Of a stretch of 64,000 nt of DNA, positions 11,619 through 20,352 are shown piece by piece (the stretch's first letter is position 1; the number at the start of each line of letters is the position of its first letter). Origin of the DNA: Thermoplasmatota archaeon (GTDB lineage Archaea > Thermoplasmatota > E2 > JACPAO01 > JAHFTW01); the NCBI GenBank assembly GCA_041601615.1, contig JBFIHX010000001.1, positions 320,001 to 384,000 on the forward strand, read 5' to 3'. The position numbers and the translations under genes are program-made. Under the pieces are notes generated by a model, which did no database searches, had not been told where the DNA came from, and saw nothing but the letters and a program-made list of their open reading frames with translations.

Positions 11619-12056
11619 TCAGGCTTCGATTGCCACGGGCCCCCAGCGAGCCAGCAAAGCCCGCAGTTGAGCGACCAAATCTTCGAACCGATCAGGTTTC
11701 TCAAAAACGTCTCTAGCCCCTGCAAGCAAGACTCGATGGCGCTCTGCTGCTGCCACCGCGCCCGAATAGACCACCACCGGGCACGTCGGTAGCCCAGCAA
11801 TCGATTGGACCGCCGCCAGCACCGCCACCGCCCCGATTCCCGCGGGCCTCATGTCGAGAAGCACAAAGCACGGCATACAGCCTCTCTCCCAGGAGGCCAA
11901 GAGCCGTCCAGCCACAACATCTCCCGATCGTTCGTGCAAGCAAACAAGCTCCGAGGAAACAATTTTCAATCCACGCTGCACCAGATCCGCCATCAAGGGA
12001 TCGTCCTCCACCATCAACACCCACGGCCCCGAGGGCAGCTCAAGCGAAGCGTCCAT
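11619..12056 (-). CDS. Single-domain response regulator (receiver)
   Basis: VLMVEDD, VLLD (phospho-acceptor Asp), VVVYS, EKP. Divergent from the CheB/CheR kinase. Confidence 0.8.
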   Translation of the reverse strand: MDASLELPSGPWVLMVEDDPLMADLVQRGLKIVSSELVCLHERSGDVVAGRLLASWERGCMPCFVLLDMRPAGIGAVAVLAAVQSIAGLPTCPVVVYSGAVAAAERHRVLLAGARDVFEKPDRFEDLVAQLRALLARWGPVAIEA

Positions 12057-12161
12057 CGAGAGGCAGAACAAAGTCTCCGGGTAACCCTTGCCCCACCCGG
12101 CGCACGCAACGCGCAAACGTCTTTCCCTCCGGAACATTCGCCGAATACGGAAGCCTAGGCC

Positions 12162-15100
12162 ATGCCAAAGGGAAATGCAGCAAAAAAGGCCGTCGCTCCG
12201 TCAGCCAACAAAAACGTAACCGTGGTTGGAATTGGCGCCTCCGCAGGTGGCTTGGAGGCACTCAAACGTATGCTCGAGCAATTGCCGCCTGCCCCCGGCG
12301 TGGCAATCGTCATCCAGCAGCACCTGGAACCGAAGCATCCGAGCCACATGGCGGAGCTTCTGGACCGCATCTGTGCACTCCCAGTGCAAGAAGCGAGCGA
12401 CAACGTGCTGGTGGAAGTGGACCACGTCTATGTGGCTCCCTCCGAGCAGGACATGGAACTTCGGGATGGCTACCTGCGTATGATTCCACGCTCGCCAAAA
12501 GACGGCCTCGTCTCCACCATCGACCGCTTTTTTTCATCGCTCGCGGGCGACGCGGGGCCACGATCCATGGGCGTCATCCTGTCTGGAACCGGCTCCGACG
12601 GTACCTTGGGGCTCGGCAAAATCAAAGCAGCCGGCGGCATCACATTCGCCCAAGATCCCGCAACGGCAGGTTTTGCTTCCATGCCGGAATCGGCTCAGCG
12701 AGCCGGAACCGTGGACATGGTCCTGGCCCCGAGCCAAATCGCCGATGAAATTGTCAAACTCGCCGCGCACCCTTACACGCGTATGTCGCTAGACTTGGAA
12801 GGCACCACAGAACCGTCGGACGAGGGCATGCCCGGCGTCTTCAAGGCGCTGCTCAAGGTAACCGGCGTCGATTTTGCCAACCACAAACAAGCAACGTTTC
12901 GCCGCCGCGTCCAGCGCCGCATGGCACTTCTGGGACTCGCGTCCCTACCTGAATACGTCAGCCGACTCAACGCGGACCCGCATGAGGTCCATGCGCTCTT
13001 TTCGGACGCCCTCATCAATGTCACGGCGTTCTTTCGTGATCCGGAATCCTACGATGCGCTGCGAAAGCACGTACTACCCAAGATTCTGGAACACCAATCT
13101 CCCGAACGCACCATTCGAATCTGGGTCGCCGGCTGTGCCACGGGCGAAGAAGTCTACTCCATCGCCATCACACTACTCGAGTTCCTAGGAGACATAGCTC
13201 CGGGACAAATGCAAATTTTTGGCACGGATCTCAACGAATCCAACATTCAAGCCGCCAGGTCCGGCCTCTTCAAGGGCGGCATCGAGGACCAAGTGCCGGA
13301 GGATTTGCTTGCTCGCTACTTCGTCAGAAATGCAGACGGCGGCTACCGCATCAGCAAACGAGTCCGCGACTTGTGCATCTTCTCCGTCCACAACCTGTAC
13401 CGCGACCCCCCCTTCTCCGGCATCGACCTCATCAGCTGCCGCAACGTCCTCATCTACCTCAATGCAGCCGCGCAACACAGCGTCCTGGCGTCATTCCACT
13501 ACGCCCTCAAGCCCCATGGCTTCCTTACCCTGGGCCCGAGTGAAACACCCGGCGTGCTCGAAAGAAGCTTCCGGGCCGTGGACAGAAAAAACCGCATCTA
13601 CATGCGAAAAAACGTCGCGACCCCGCTGGCCCGGCCACTTTTTCAAGCGCCCAACTACACGCCAACAACCCCACGCAAACACACCCTAGAAATCAACGAC
13701 GCAACCGACACATACCTGGTCGAACGCGTCCTCGTCGATCACTTCGTGCCCGCGGGTGTTGTGGTGGACCGCGAAGGCGAAGTCCTGCGATTCCTGGGCC
13801 GCACCGGCGAATTCCTCGAACACACGCCGGGCCGCGCCAACATGAACCTGTTTCGAATGGCGCACCACGGCCTCGAAGTAGACCTACGCTCTGCATTGCG
13901 CCACGCCCAAACCCACCGCACACCCACATTCCAGCACGACATCCGCTGGATTACAGACTCTGGAGTACGCATCGTAGACCTAGACGTGCTGCCAGTCACC
14001 GGCACCCAGGACGAACAATACGTCATCACGTTCCGATCGCGCCCCGAATCAAACAACCTCGTGCAGGCGCCTGCCAGCATGGACGACGCCACCAGAGACG
14101 CTGCCGGCCTCCTAGAAGCGGAATTGGACCGAACGCGCAAGCAGTTGCAGGAAATCTCCGAGCAATACGAAGCCACCACAGAGGAACTGCGCACGTCCAA
14201 CGAAGAAACGCTCTCCATGAACGAGGAGCTGCAGAGTACCAACGAGGAGATGCAGACCACGGCAGAAGAACTGCAATCGGCCAATGAGGAATTGACCACA
14301 CTCAACGAGGAACTGCAAAACCGCAACGAGCAACTCAACCGCGTCAACGACGACGTCATCAACCTGCTTGCCTCCGTGCGCCTGCCCATCATATTCCTCG
14401 GCCCAGACCTACGCATCCGCCGCTTCACCCCTACCGCCCGCCGCGCCTTGAACTTCATCGACTCCGACGTGGGCCGTTCCATCACCGACTTGCGCCCCAA
14501 GATCCCCCTTGGCGGCCTCATGGAGAAGGTCCGCGACGTCATGGAGCACCTAACGGTCCAAGAATCGGAGGTCCAAGACGAAGACGGCCACTGGTACCGA
14601 TTGCACATCCAGCCCTACCGCACCGCCGAAAACCGCATCGACGGCGCCGTCCTTGTGCTCATGGACATCGACGACATCAAACGTGCATCCGAGGAACTGC
14701 GTTGCTCGAACCGCGACCTGGAGAACTTCGCCTCCTTTGCATCCCACGAACTCCAGGAACCACTGCGCAACATGCGCCAATTCATGCAACTGGCTACAGC
14801 GCCCGACGCGAGCATCGCATCGCGGGACTCCGACATTGAAAGTGTATTCGAAAGCCTCGACCGCGCAACACGACTCGTCAAGACGCTCCTGCGCTTTGCC
14901 CGCCTAGGAAGCCAGACCGCAGAACTCCGTCGCGTATCGCTTTCCCAAATCGTCGAAGGCGCCCGCCAAAACCTGTCCAAATTCGTCCAGGAAAACGAAG
15001 CCCTCGTGGAAATCAAAGGCGCTCTTCCGGAAGCCATGGCGGACGAATCGCTGCTCGGTGATTTATTTTCCAACCTGTTTCTCAACGCCATCCAAAACCA

Positions 15101-15443
15101 AGCCGAAGCAACACCACACATCCAGGTGGAAGTCGTAGGCGGCGGCGACGAATTGATGGAAATCGTGGTACGCGACAACGGCATCGGTGTCCCCCCTGAC
15201 CAATACGAGCAAATCTTTGAATTGTTCCGGCGGGGAACCACCAGCCGCGGCGATGGCCTCGGCATGGGGTTGGCGCTGTGCAGGCGCATCGTCGACATGC
15301 ACGGCGGCAACATATGGGCAGAATCCCACCTTGAGCAAGGAATGGAATTCCACTTCACCCTCCCCAAAGTCACCGGGGCCTCCCTGGCAAAAGGCCTCGT
15401 GCCGCAGAGTCGCCAAAAACGTGATGGAGGACGAACACCATAG
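12162..15443 (+). CDS. CheB methylesterase-CheR methyltransferase-coiled coil-PAS-histidine kinase fusion
   Basis: CheB GASAGG / QH / GSDG; CheR NVTAFFRD, IWVAGCATGEEVYS, DLISCRNVLIY; ELQS[T/A]NEE repeats; H-box SHELQEPL; DNGIG and GLGMGL ATP-lid. Confidence 0.93.
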   Translation: MPKGNAAKKAVAPSANKNVTVVGIGASAGGLEALKRMLEQLPPAPGVAIVIQQHLEPKHPSHMAELLDRICALPVQEASDNVLVEVDHVYVAPSEQDMELRDGYLRMIPRSPKDGLVSTIDRFFSSLAGDAGPRSMGVILSGTGSDGTLGLGKIKAAGGITFAQDPATAGFASMPESAQRAGTVDMVLAPSQIADEIVKLAAHPYTRMSLDLEGTTEPSDEGMPGVFKALLKVTGVDFANHKQATFRRRVQRRMALLGLASLPEYVSRLNADPHEVHALFSDALINVTAFFRDPESYDALRKHVLPKILEHQSPERTIRIWVAGCATGEEVYSIAITLLEFLGDIAPGQMQIFGTDLNESNIQAARSGLFKGGIEDQVPEDLLARYFVRNADGGYRISKRVRDLCIFSVHNLYRDPPFSGIDLISCRNVLIYLNAAAQHSVLASFHYALKPHGFLTLGPSETPGVLERSFRAVDRKNRIYMRKNVATPLARPLFQAPNYTPTTPRKHTLEINDATDTYLVERVLVDHFVPAGVVVDREGEVLRFLGRTGEFLEHTPGRANMNLFRMAHHGLEVDLRSALRHAQTHRTPTFQHDIRWITDSGVRIVDLDVLPVTGTQDEQYVITFRSRPESNNLVQAPASMDDATRDAAGLLEAELDRTRKQLQEISEQYEATTEELRTSNEETLSMNEELQSTNEEMQTTAEELQSANEELTTLNEELQNRNEQLNRVNDDVINLLASVRLPIIFLGPDLRIRRFTPTARRALNFIDSDVGRSITDLRPKIPLGGLMEKVRDVMEHLTVQESEVQDEDGHWYRLHIQPYRTAENRIDGAVLVLMDIDDIKRASEELRCSNRDLENFASFASHELQEPLRNMRQFMQLATAPDASIASRDSDIESVFESLDRATRLVKTLLRFARLGSQTAELRRVSLSQIVEGARQNLSKFVQENEALVEIKGALPEAMADESLLGDLFSNLFLNAIQNQAEATPHIQVEVVGGGDELMEIVVRDNGIGVPPDQYEQIFELFRRGTTSRGDGLGMGLALCRRIVDMHGGNIWAESHLEQGMEFHFTLPKVTGASLAKGLVPQSRQKRDGGRTP

Positions 15444-15452
15444 TGTACAAGG

Positions 15453-15902
15453 ATGAACGAGGGAATCAGGACCCATTGGCGCGGCACCCTCGATGTCCTG
15501 TGGCTGGAGGACGACCCCCTGTACGCCGACATCGCCCAGCGGCTTCTCGACCAAGGTGCCCGGGATTCCCACGCCAACGATTTGCGCCTCGACCCCGTCA
15601 TGCGCTTGGCAACAACCCTCGCCGACGCGCTGGCAGAGCTAGCCTCATCCGTCCCAGACATCATCATCGCCGACCTGAACCTCCCGGACAGCCAAGGCAG
15701 CAAGACCCTGCTCGCCTTGCGCCAAGCCGCCCCAGTCGTCCCCCTTCTGGTCCTCTCCGGCAACGAAACCCTCGAACCAGCCCTACTTGCGGCACTAGAG
15801 GAAGCCGAATTCATGGACAAGGACGAACTCACGCCCCGTCGACTCTGGCGCTCCGTCTGCATGGCCATCACCCGCACCAGTGCCCACATATCCTCCCATT
15901 GA
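15453..15902 (+). CDS. Single-domain response regulator (receiver)
   Basis: LWLEDD, IIIADLNLPD, LVLSG, MDK. Lies 9 bp after the kinase. Confidence 0.85.
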   Translation: MNEGIRTHWRGTLDVLWLEDDPLYADIAQRLLDQGARDSHANDLRLDPVMRLATTLADALAELASSVPDIIIADLNLPDSQGSKTLLALRQAAPVVPLLVLSGNETLEPALLAALEEAEFMDKDELTPRRLWRSVCMAITRTSAHISSH

Positions 15903-15914
15903 CCGGGTGGTTCC

Positions 15915-17096
15915 ATGCCTGAATCGCCCTCGGCCCCCCGCAACGCCAGGGCCACCTTGGACGCGCAAGAAGCATTCATGCACGCCATCGCCGCCGTAGA
16001 CCCAACCAAGCGCGTCAAGGCCCACGTCCGCACCGGCGCCATCGACGACTGGCTCAAGAACCGCGACCACCCCGAGACCCTACACGTCTTGGCACTCGGA
16101 AAAGCGGCCGCCCGCATGACTTGGGGCCTCGTAGAAGCAAACGTACCCTTCCGAGGCCTCGGCGTCCACCCCGGCGGAGTCCCTGTACCCAACTGGGAAG
16201 GATTCCAGTGGATCAAAGGCAACCACCCCACCCCCGGCCCGGAATCCTTTGCCGCCGGCACCAGCGTGTGGGACTGGTTCGACAACCTCCCCCCCGGTGC
16301 CCCCGTGCTCGTGCTCCTATCCGGCGGCGCCAGCAGCCTCCTCGAACGACCAAAGCCCAATGAGACCACGGACGAACTGGTGGCCCATTGGACAACCGAC
16401 CTTCAGGCCGGACTGCCCATCGACCAACTCAACAACCGCCGCGCCACCCGCAGCAGCCTCAAAGCCGGCGGACTTGCCCACCACGCAAAAGACCACCCGC
16501 TGCGCGTCTGGCTCATCTGCGACGTCCCTCCAAACCAACCCGAAGTAGTCGCCAGCGGCCCCTTCTGGAACGACGCGGCCCCCCAAACAATTCCCCACAC
16601 TGTACTTGCCCACAACGACGACGCGGTCCAAGCCGCAGGCGCAGCCCTCCAAGCCAAAGGATACAACGTCTACCTGCACCCCACACGCATCCAAGGCGAC
16701 GCCAGTGAGGAAGCCAAACGATTCGTCGACCTGTTTGCAAGCCTCGAAGGCGAACGCGTCGCCCTCGTCGGGGGCGGCGAACCCACGATTCGACTCCCCA
16801 CCAACGCCCCTCCCGGCGGCCGCGGGCAACACGCCTCGCTGGCCGCAGCACGAGCCCTCCACGATCAAAACATCCCAGCAACATTCATCGCCGGGGCCAC
16901 CGACGGACGCGATGGCGTAGACGTAGCCGCCGCCTGGAGCGACCAGGACCTCTGGAACGACGACGCAGCACAGGCCCTCCAGTCGTTCAACGCCCACCGA
17001 TTCTTGACCCAACACCAACGCACCATCAAAACCGGCGCCACCGGCACCAACGTCGCAGACGTCTGGATGCTGCTTGACCACGACGCACCCGAATAA
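15915..17096 (+). CDS. Glycerate 2-kinase / MOFRL (DUF4147) family protein
   Basis: LGKAA, HPTP, LLSGGASSL, GGEPT, GGRGQH, ATDGRDG, TGTNVAD. Confidence 0.88.
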   Translation: MPESPSAPRNARATLDAQEAFMHAIAAVDPTKRVKAHVRTGAIDDWLKNRDHPETLHVLALGKAAARMTWGLVEANVPFRGLGVHPGGVPVPNWEGFQWIKGNHPTPGPESFAAGTSVWDWFDNLPPGAPVLVLLSGGASSLLERPKPNETTDELVAHWTTDLQAGLPIDQLNNRRATRSSLKAGGLAHHAKDHPLRVWLICDVPPNQPEVVASGPFWNDAAPQTIPHTVLAHNDDAVQAAGAALQAKGYNVYLHPTRIQGDASEEAKRFVDLFASLEGERVALVGGGEPTIRLPTNAPPGGRGQHASLAAARALHDQNIPATFIAGATDGRDGVDVAAAWSDQDLWNDDAAQALQSFNAHRFLTQHQRTIKTGATGTNVADVWMLLDHDAPE

Positions 17097-17164
17097 GGCC
17101 AACAACCGTTCGAATTCGCTCCCCCCGCCAGCACCCCTAAGACAAGCGCCGGAGTCGCCGCATC

Positions 17165-19453
17165 GTGGCCCTGACCGACCTCGGCATCGACCCCCGGGTA
17201 GCCGAGCACCTGGAGGCCCAAGGCATCACTTCGCTCTACCCGCCCCAAGAGGACGCCTGGAGCATCATCGACAAAGGCCACAACACCGTCGTCGCCATCC
17301 CAACCGCCAGCGGCAAGAGCCTCATCGCCTACCTCGCCATCCTGCACCGCTGGCTGCGCACGGGCAAAAAAGCCCTCTACATCGTACCCCTGCGCGCCCT
17401 CGCCTCCGAAAAAGTGGACGAATTACGTGCCTTCCGGGACCTCGGCATCAAAATCGGAGTCGCCACCGGAGACCTCGACGAACAAGACCCACGCCTCGGC
17501 AGCAACGACGTCATCGTCTGCACCAGCGAAAAAGCCGACAGCCTCCTGCGCCACCGCACCCCATGGGTCGACGAAGTAGGCTGCGTCGTTGCCGACGAAT
17601 TCCACCTCGTCCACGACCCCAACCGAGGACCCACCCTCGAAGTCATCCTCAGCCGCTTCCGGGCCCTCCTTCCCGCCGCCCAAATCGTCGGCCTTTCCGC
17701 CACCGTCCAAAACGCTCCGGAACTCGCGCGCTGGCTCGGCGCCGAATTGGTCACCAGCGAATGGCGCCCCGTCGACTTGCGCATGGGCACCTACTACGGC
17801 AACGCCCTGCAATTTTTGGGCCAAGCCGCCACCAAACTGGAAGCCGGCCGCGACCCCATCGCCGCCCTCGTCGAACAAACCATCCAAGAAGGCGCCCAAT
17901 GCCTCGTCTTCGTCAGCACCCGTCGCTCAGCGGAAGCGCAGGCGGTCAAACTCGGAGGCGTCGTGCGCGACCTTCTGGACAGCAATGACCTCGCCGCCCT
18001 CGAAGAAGCCGTCAAGGAACTCGGCGACGACGAAGACGCAGCCGGCGGACCCACGCAGCAAAAACTCAGCAAACTCATCAAAGCCGGTGTCGCCTACCAC
18101 ACCGCCGGCCTCGACGCCAAGCAACGGCGCTTCGTGGAGGCGAACTTCCGCGCCGGCCGCATCAAGGTCCTCTGCGCAACACCCACCCTCGCCGCCGGCG
18201 TCAACACCCCCGCCCGCCGCGTCATCATCCGCGACATGACCCGGTTCGAAGCAGGCCAAGGCAACCGACCCCTGCCCGTCATGGAAGTCAAGCAAATGAT
18301 GGGACGCGCCGGACGCCCCCGCTACGACCCCCACGGCGAAGCGATTCTGCTGGCCAAGACCTGGGAAATGAAGGAAACCCTCGAACACGAATACCTACAC
18401 GGCGAACCAGAGCCGATCAGCAGCAAACTCGCCGCCGACGCCGCCCTGCGCATCCATACGCTTGCCAGTGTCGCCGGCAACTACGCCGAGAGCTTCGAGG
18501 ACCTCGTCCAATTCTACGGCCACACGTTCTGGGGCCAACAAAGCCAAGACTGGATCATCCGCGACCGCGTCGAAGACACCGTGTTTTTCTTGGAGGAAAA
18601 CGGCTTCCTGGAGCGCGACGGCGGGCGCCTCAAAACCACGCTCTTTGGCAAGCGCACGAGCGACTTGTACATCGATCCGCTTACGGCACTGCGCATGAAG
18701 GAAGCCTTGGATTCCAAGTCCGAGGAGCCCACCGTCTTCGGCGCGCTGCATGTGCTTGCCGGCTGCCCCAACATGTACCCATTGTACCTGCGCCAAAGCG
18801 ACGACTGGGTCCAAGGTGCCTACTACGAACGGTTCCCCAGCCTCCTCATCCACGAGAAGGACCTGGAGGACGAATTCAGCTACACCAAAACCGCGACGCT
18901 GCTCTGGGACTGGATCGAGGAACTGCCACCCAGCGAAGTGGAGGTCAAGTACCAAGTCGGCCCCGGCGACGTGCGCATGCGCGTCGACACCGGCAAATGG
19001 ATGCTGCATGCCTTCCGCGAACTTGCCCGCGCATTGCGCCCCGAATGGCAAGCGCCACTCAGCGACCTCGTCCTCCGCCTCGAACACGGCATCAAAGCCG
19101 ACGCCTTGCCCATGATTCGCCTCAAGGGCATTGGTCGCGTGCGCGCCCGCAACTTGATCCGCGCCGGATTCAAGCGCCCTGCGGACTTGGCAGGCGTCCC
19201 CGTCAGCCGCATCGCCAAGCTCCCCGGCTTCGGCGACAAACTTGCCCGGGAACTTCTGCGCCAAGTGGGCGACGACCCCGGCGAAGCGCCCAAAACCAAA
19301 GCGAAACCGAGCAAGAAAGCCGCAGCGACCGCGGCCCCCGAGCCCGAACCCGAACCCACTCCTGGACCAACAAACGAAGCAGCCGAGGACGAAGCCCCCG
19401 ACCCGGACGCACCCGGACAAACAGGACTCTCCGCATGGGGCATGAAACCATGA
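17165..19453 (+). CDS. hel308: Archaeal Ski2-like DNA helicase Hel308/Hjm
   Basis: LYPPQ, PTASGKS, VPLRALASEK, DEFH, GLSAT, TPTLAAGVN, QMMGRAGRP, C-terminal HhH (GIGRVRAR). Confidence 0.95.
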   Translation: MALTDLGIDPRVAEHLEAQGITSLYPPQEDAWSIIDKGHNTVVAIPTASGKSLIAYLAILHRWLRTGKKALYIVPLRALASEKVDELRAFRDLGIKIGVATGDLDEQDPRLGSNDVIVCTSEKADSLLRHRTPWVDEVGCVVADEFHLVHDPNRGPTLEVILSRFRALLPAAQIVGLSATVQNAPELARWLGAELVTSEWRPVDLRMGTYYGNALQFLGQAATKLEAGRDPIAALVEQTIQEGAQCLVFVSTRRSAEAQAVKLGGVVRDLLDSNDLAALEEAVKELGDDEDAAGGPTQQKLSKLIKAGVAYHTAGLDAKQRRFVEANFRAGRIKVLCATPTLAAGVNTPARRVIIRDMTRFEAGQGNRPLPVMEVKQMMGRAGRPRYDPHGEAILLAKTWEMKETLEHEYLHGEPEPISSKLAADAALRIHTLASVAGNYAESFEDLVQFYGHTFWGQQSQDWIIRDRVEDTVFFLEENGFLERDGGRLKTTLFGKRTSDLYIDPLTALRMKEALDSKSEEPTVFGALHVLAGCPNMYPLYLRQSDDWVQGAYYERFPSLLIHEKDLEDEFSYTKTATLLWDWIEELPPSEVEVKYQVGPGDVRMRVDTGKWMLHAFRELARALRPEWQAPLSDLVLRLEHGIKADALPMIRLKGIGRVRARNLIRAGFKRPADLAGVPVSRIAKLPGFGDKLARELLRQVGDDPGEAPKTKAKPSKKAAATAAPEPEPEPTPGPTNEAAEDEAPDPDAPGQTGLSAWGMKP

Positions 19454-19965
19454 TCGACGACCCAGAATTCCAACTCGCAGCCGCCGGGGTACGCGGACCG
19501 CTCACCCTCGAAAACGTCCTCTACCAAGCCCGCAAAGCCTCCCGCCTTGCGCCCCTTCAAGTGGTACGCGCCGATCGTGTGCTTGGCATCGATCACCTAC
19601 GCGCTGCCGCCCTCCACGCCAACCGCGCCTTCGACGAGGGCCGCAACAAAGCCGACGACCTCGCGGTCGAATTTGCCCGGTACCTCAGCGGCAAACGCAC
19701 TATTCGTGAAGCGATCCAACACGTGGGCGTCCCCGCCACCATGGGCACCGCAGTCGTCGTCAGCCTCGGCAAACGCCGCACGGACGCAGTAGCCTACTTT
19801 GCCGACATGCTTGGACTCGACCAAGACGACGCACTCATCGAGCCCAGTACGGAAAAACTGGCACAATTTGGCCTGCCAAACGGACTCCTAGAATCCACGC
19901 CAGAACACCTGCAATTCGACCGCGTTCTGGAGGCCGTAGCGGCCGTCGACTTGATGCGCAACTGA
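19450..19965 (+). CDS. cgi121: KEOPS complex subunit Cgi121
   Basis: Q..RADRV.G.DHL..A...A.RAF..G.N.A..L.VE..RYLSG.R.I.EAI..VG pattern. ATGA overlap with hel308, a pairing known in euryarchaeal-type genomes. Confidence 0.8.
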   Translation: MIDDPEFQLAAAGVRGPLTLENVLYQARKASRLAPLQVVRADRVLGIDHLRAAALHANRAFDEGRNKADDLAVEFARYLSGKRTIREAIQHVGVPATMGTAVVVSLGKRRTDAVAYFADMLGLDQDDALIEPSTEKLAQFGLPNGLLESTPEHLQFDRVLEAVAAVDLMRN

Positions 19966-20025
19966 AGGCTCATATACAGGACCTGTGTCGGCCGGCTTGT
20001 CCCCCCGGGGACGCACCAACCCACT

Positions 20026-20099
20026 GGTCCTGTGGGGTAGCTTGGATATCCTGGTGGCTTGCGGAGCCACTGACACGTGTTCGAATCGCGTCAGGACCG
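20026..20099 (+). tRNA. tRNA-Arg (anticodon GCG), CCA not encoded
   Basis: Acceptor GGTCCTG/CAGGACC plus discriminator G; anticodon arm GTGGC-TTGCGGA-GCCAC; T arm ACGTG-TTCGAAT-CGCGT. The GCG Arg anticodon is typical of archaea. Confidence 0.95.
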
Positions 20100-20100
20100 C

Positions 20101-20118
20101 TCTTTTCCCTTTGTTTTC
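20101..20118 (+). terminator. Pyrimidine/T-rich putative archaeal terminator after tRNA-Arg
   Basis: tcttttccctttgtttt immediately after the tRNA. Confidence 0.45.
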
Positions 20119-20352
20119 ATTGTCTGCGGGCAATGGGTTCGTCGCGCCTTGGAGCGTGGCTGCTGTCAAGTGCTCAGCGCGCACTTTTTCTTGGCGTTCG
20201 GGGCCGGACTTGCCTTTTGCCTCGACGGGCTCGCGGGGGCGGTGCGTGGTTGGGTGCTTTGCCTGGAACGGTGGGTTGAGGCTGTGCGTTGTCGCTGCCG
20301 CTGGACTCTTTGACCCGTGTTTCGGGGCGCTCTTGTGCCGGCGCCCTCGGGG

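Noticed and set aside
14190-14340. Short near-tandem nucleotide repeats (aacgaggag/aacgaggaa...ctgca) resembling an array
   Set aside because: They encode the NEELQ heptad coiled coil of the CheB/CheR kinase. There are no spacers and no CRISPR array in the window.
19966-20352. Possible RNase P or SRP RNA in the non-coding gap after cgi121
   Set aside because: The structured part resolves as tRNA-Arg(GCG). I saw no RNase P P4 signature or SRP helix-8 motif in the remainder.
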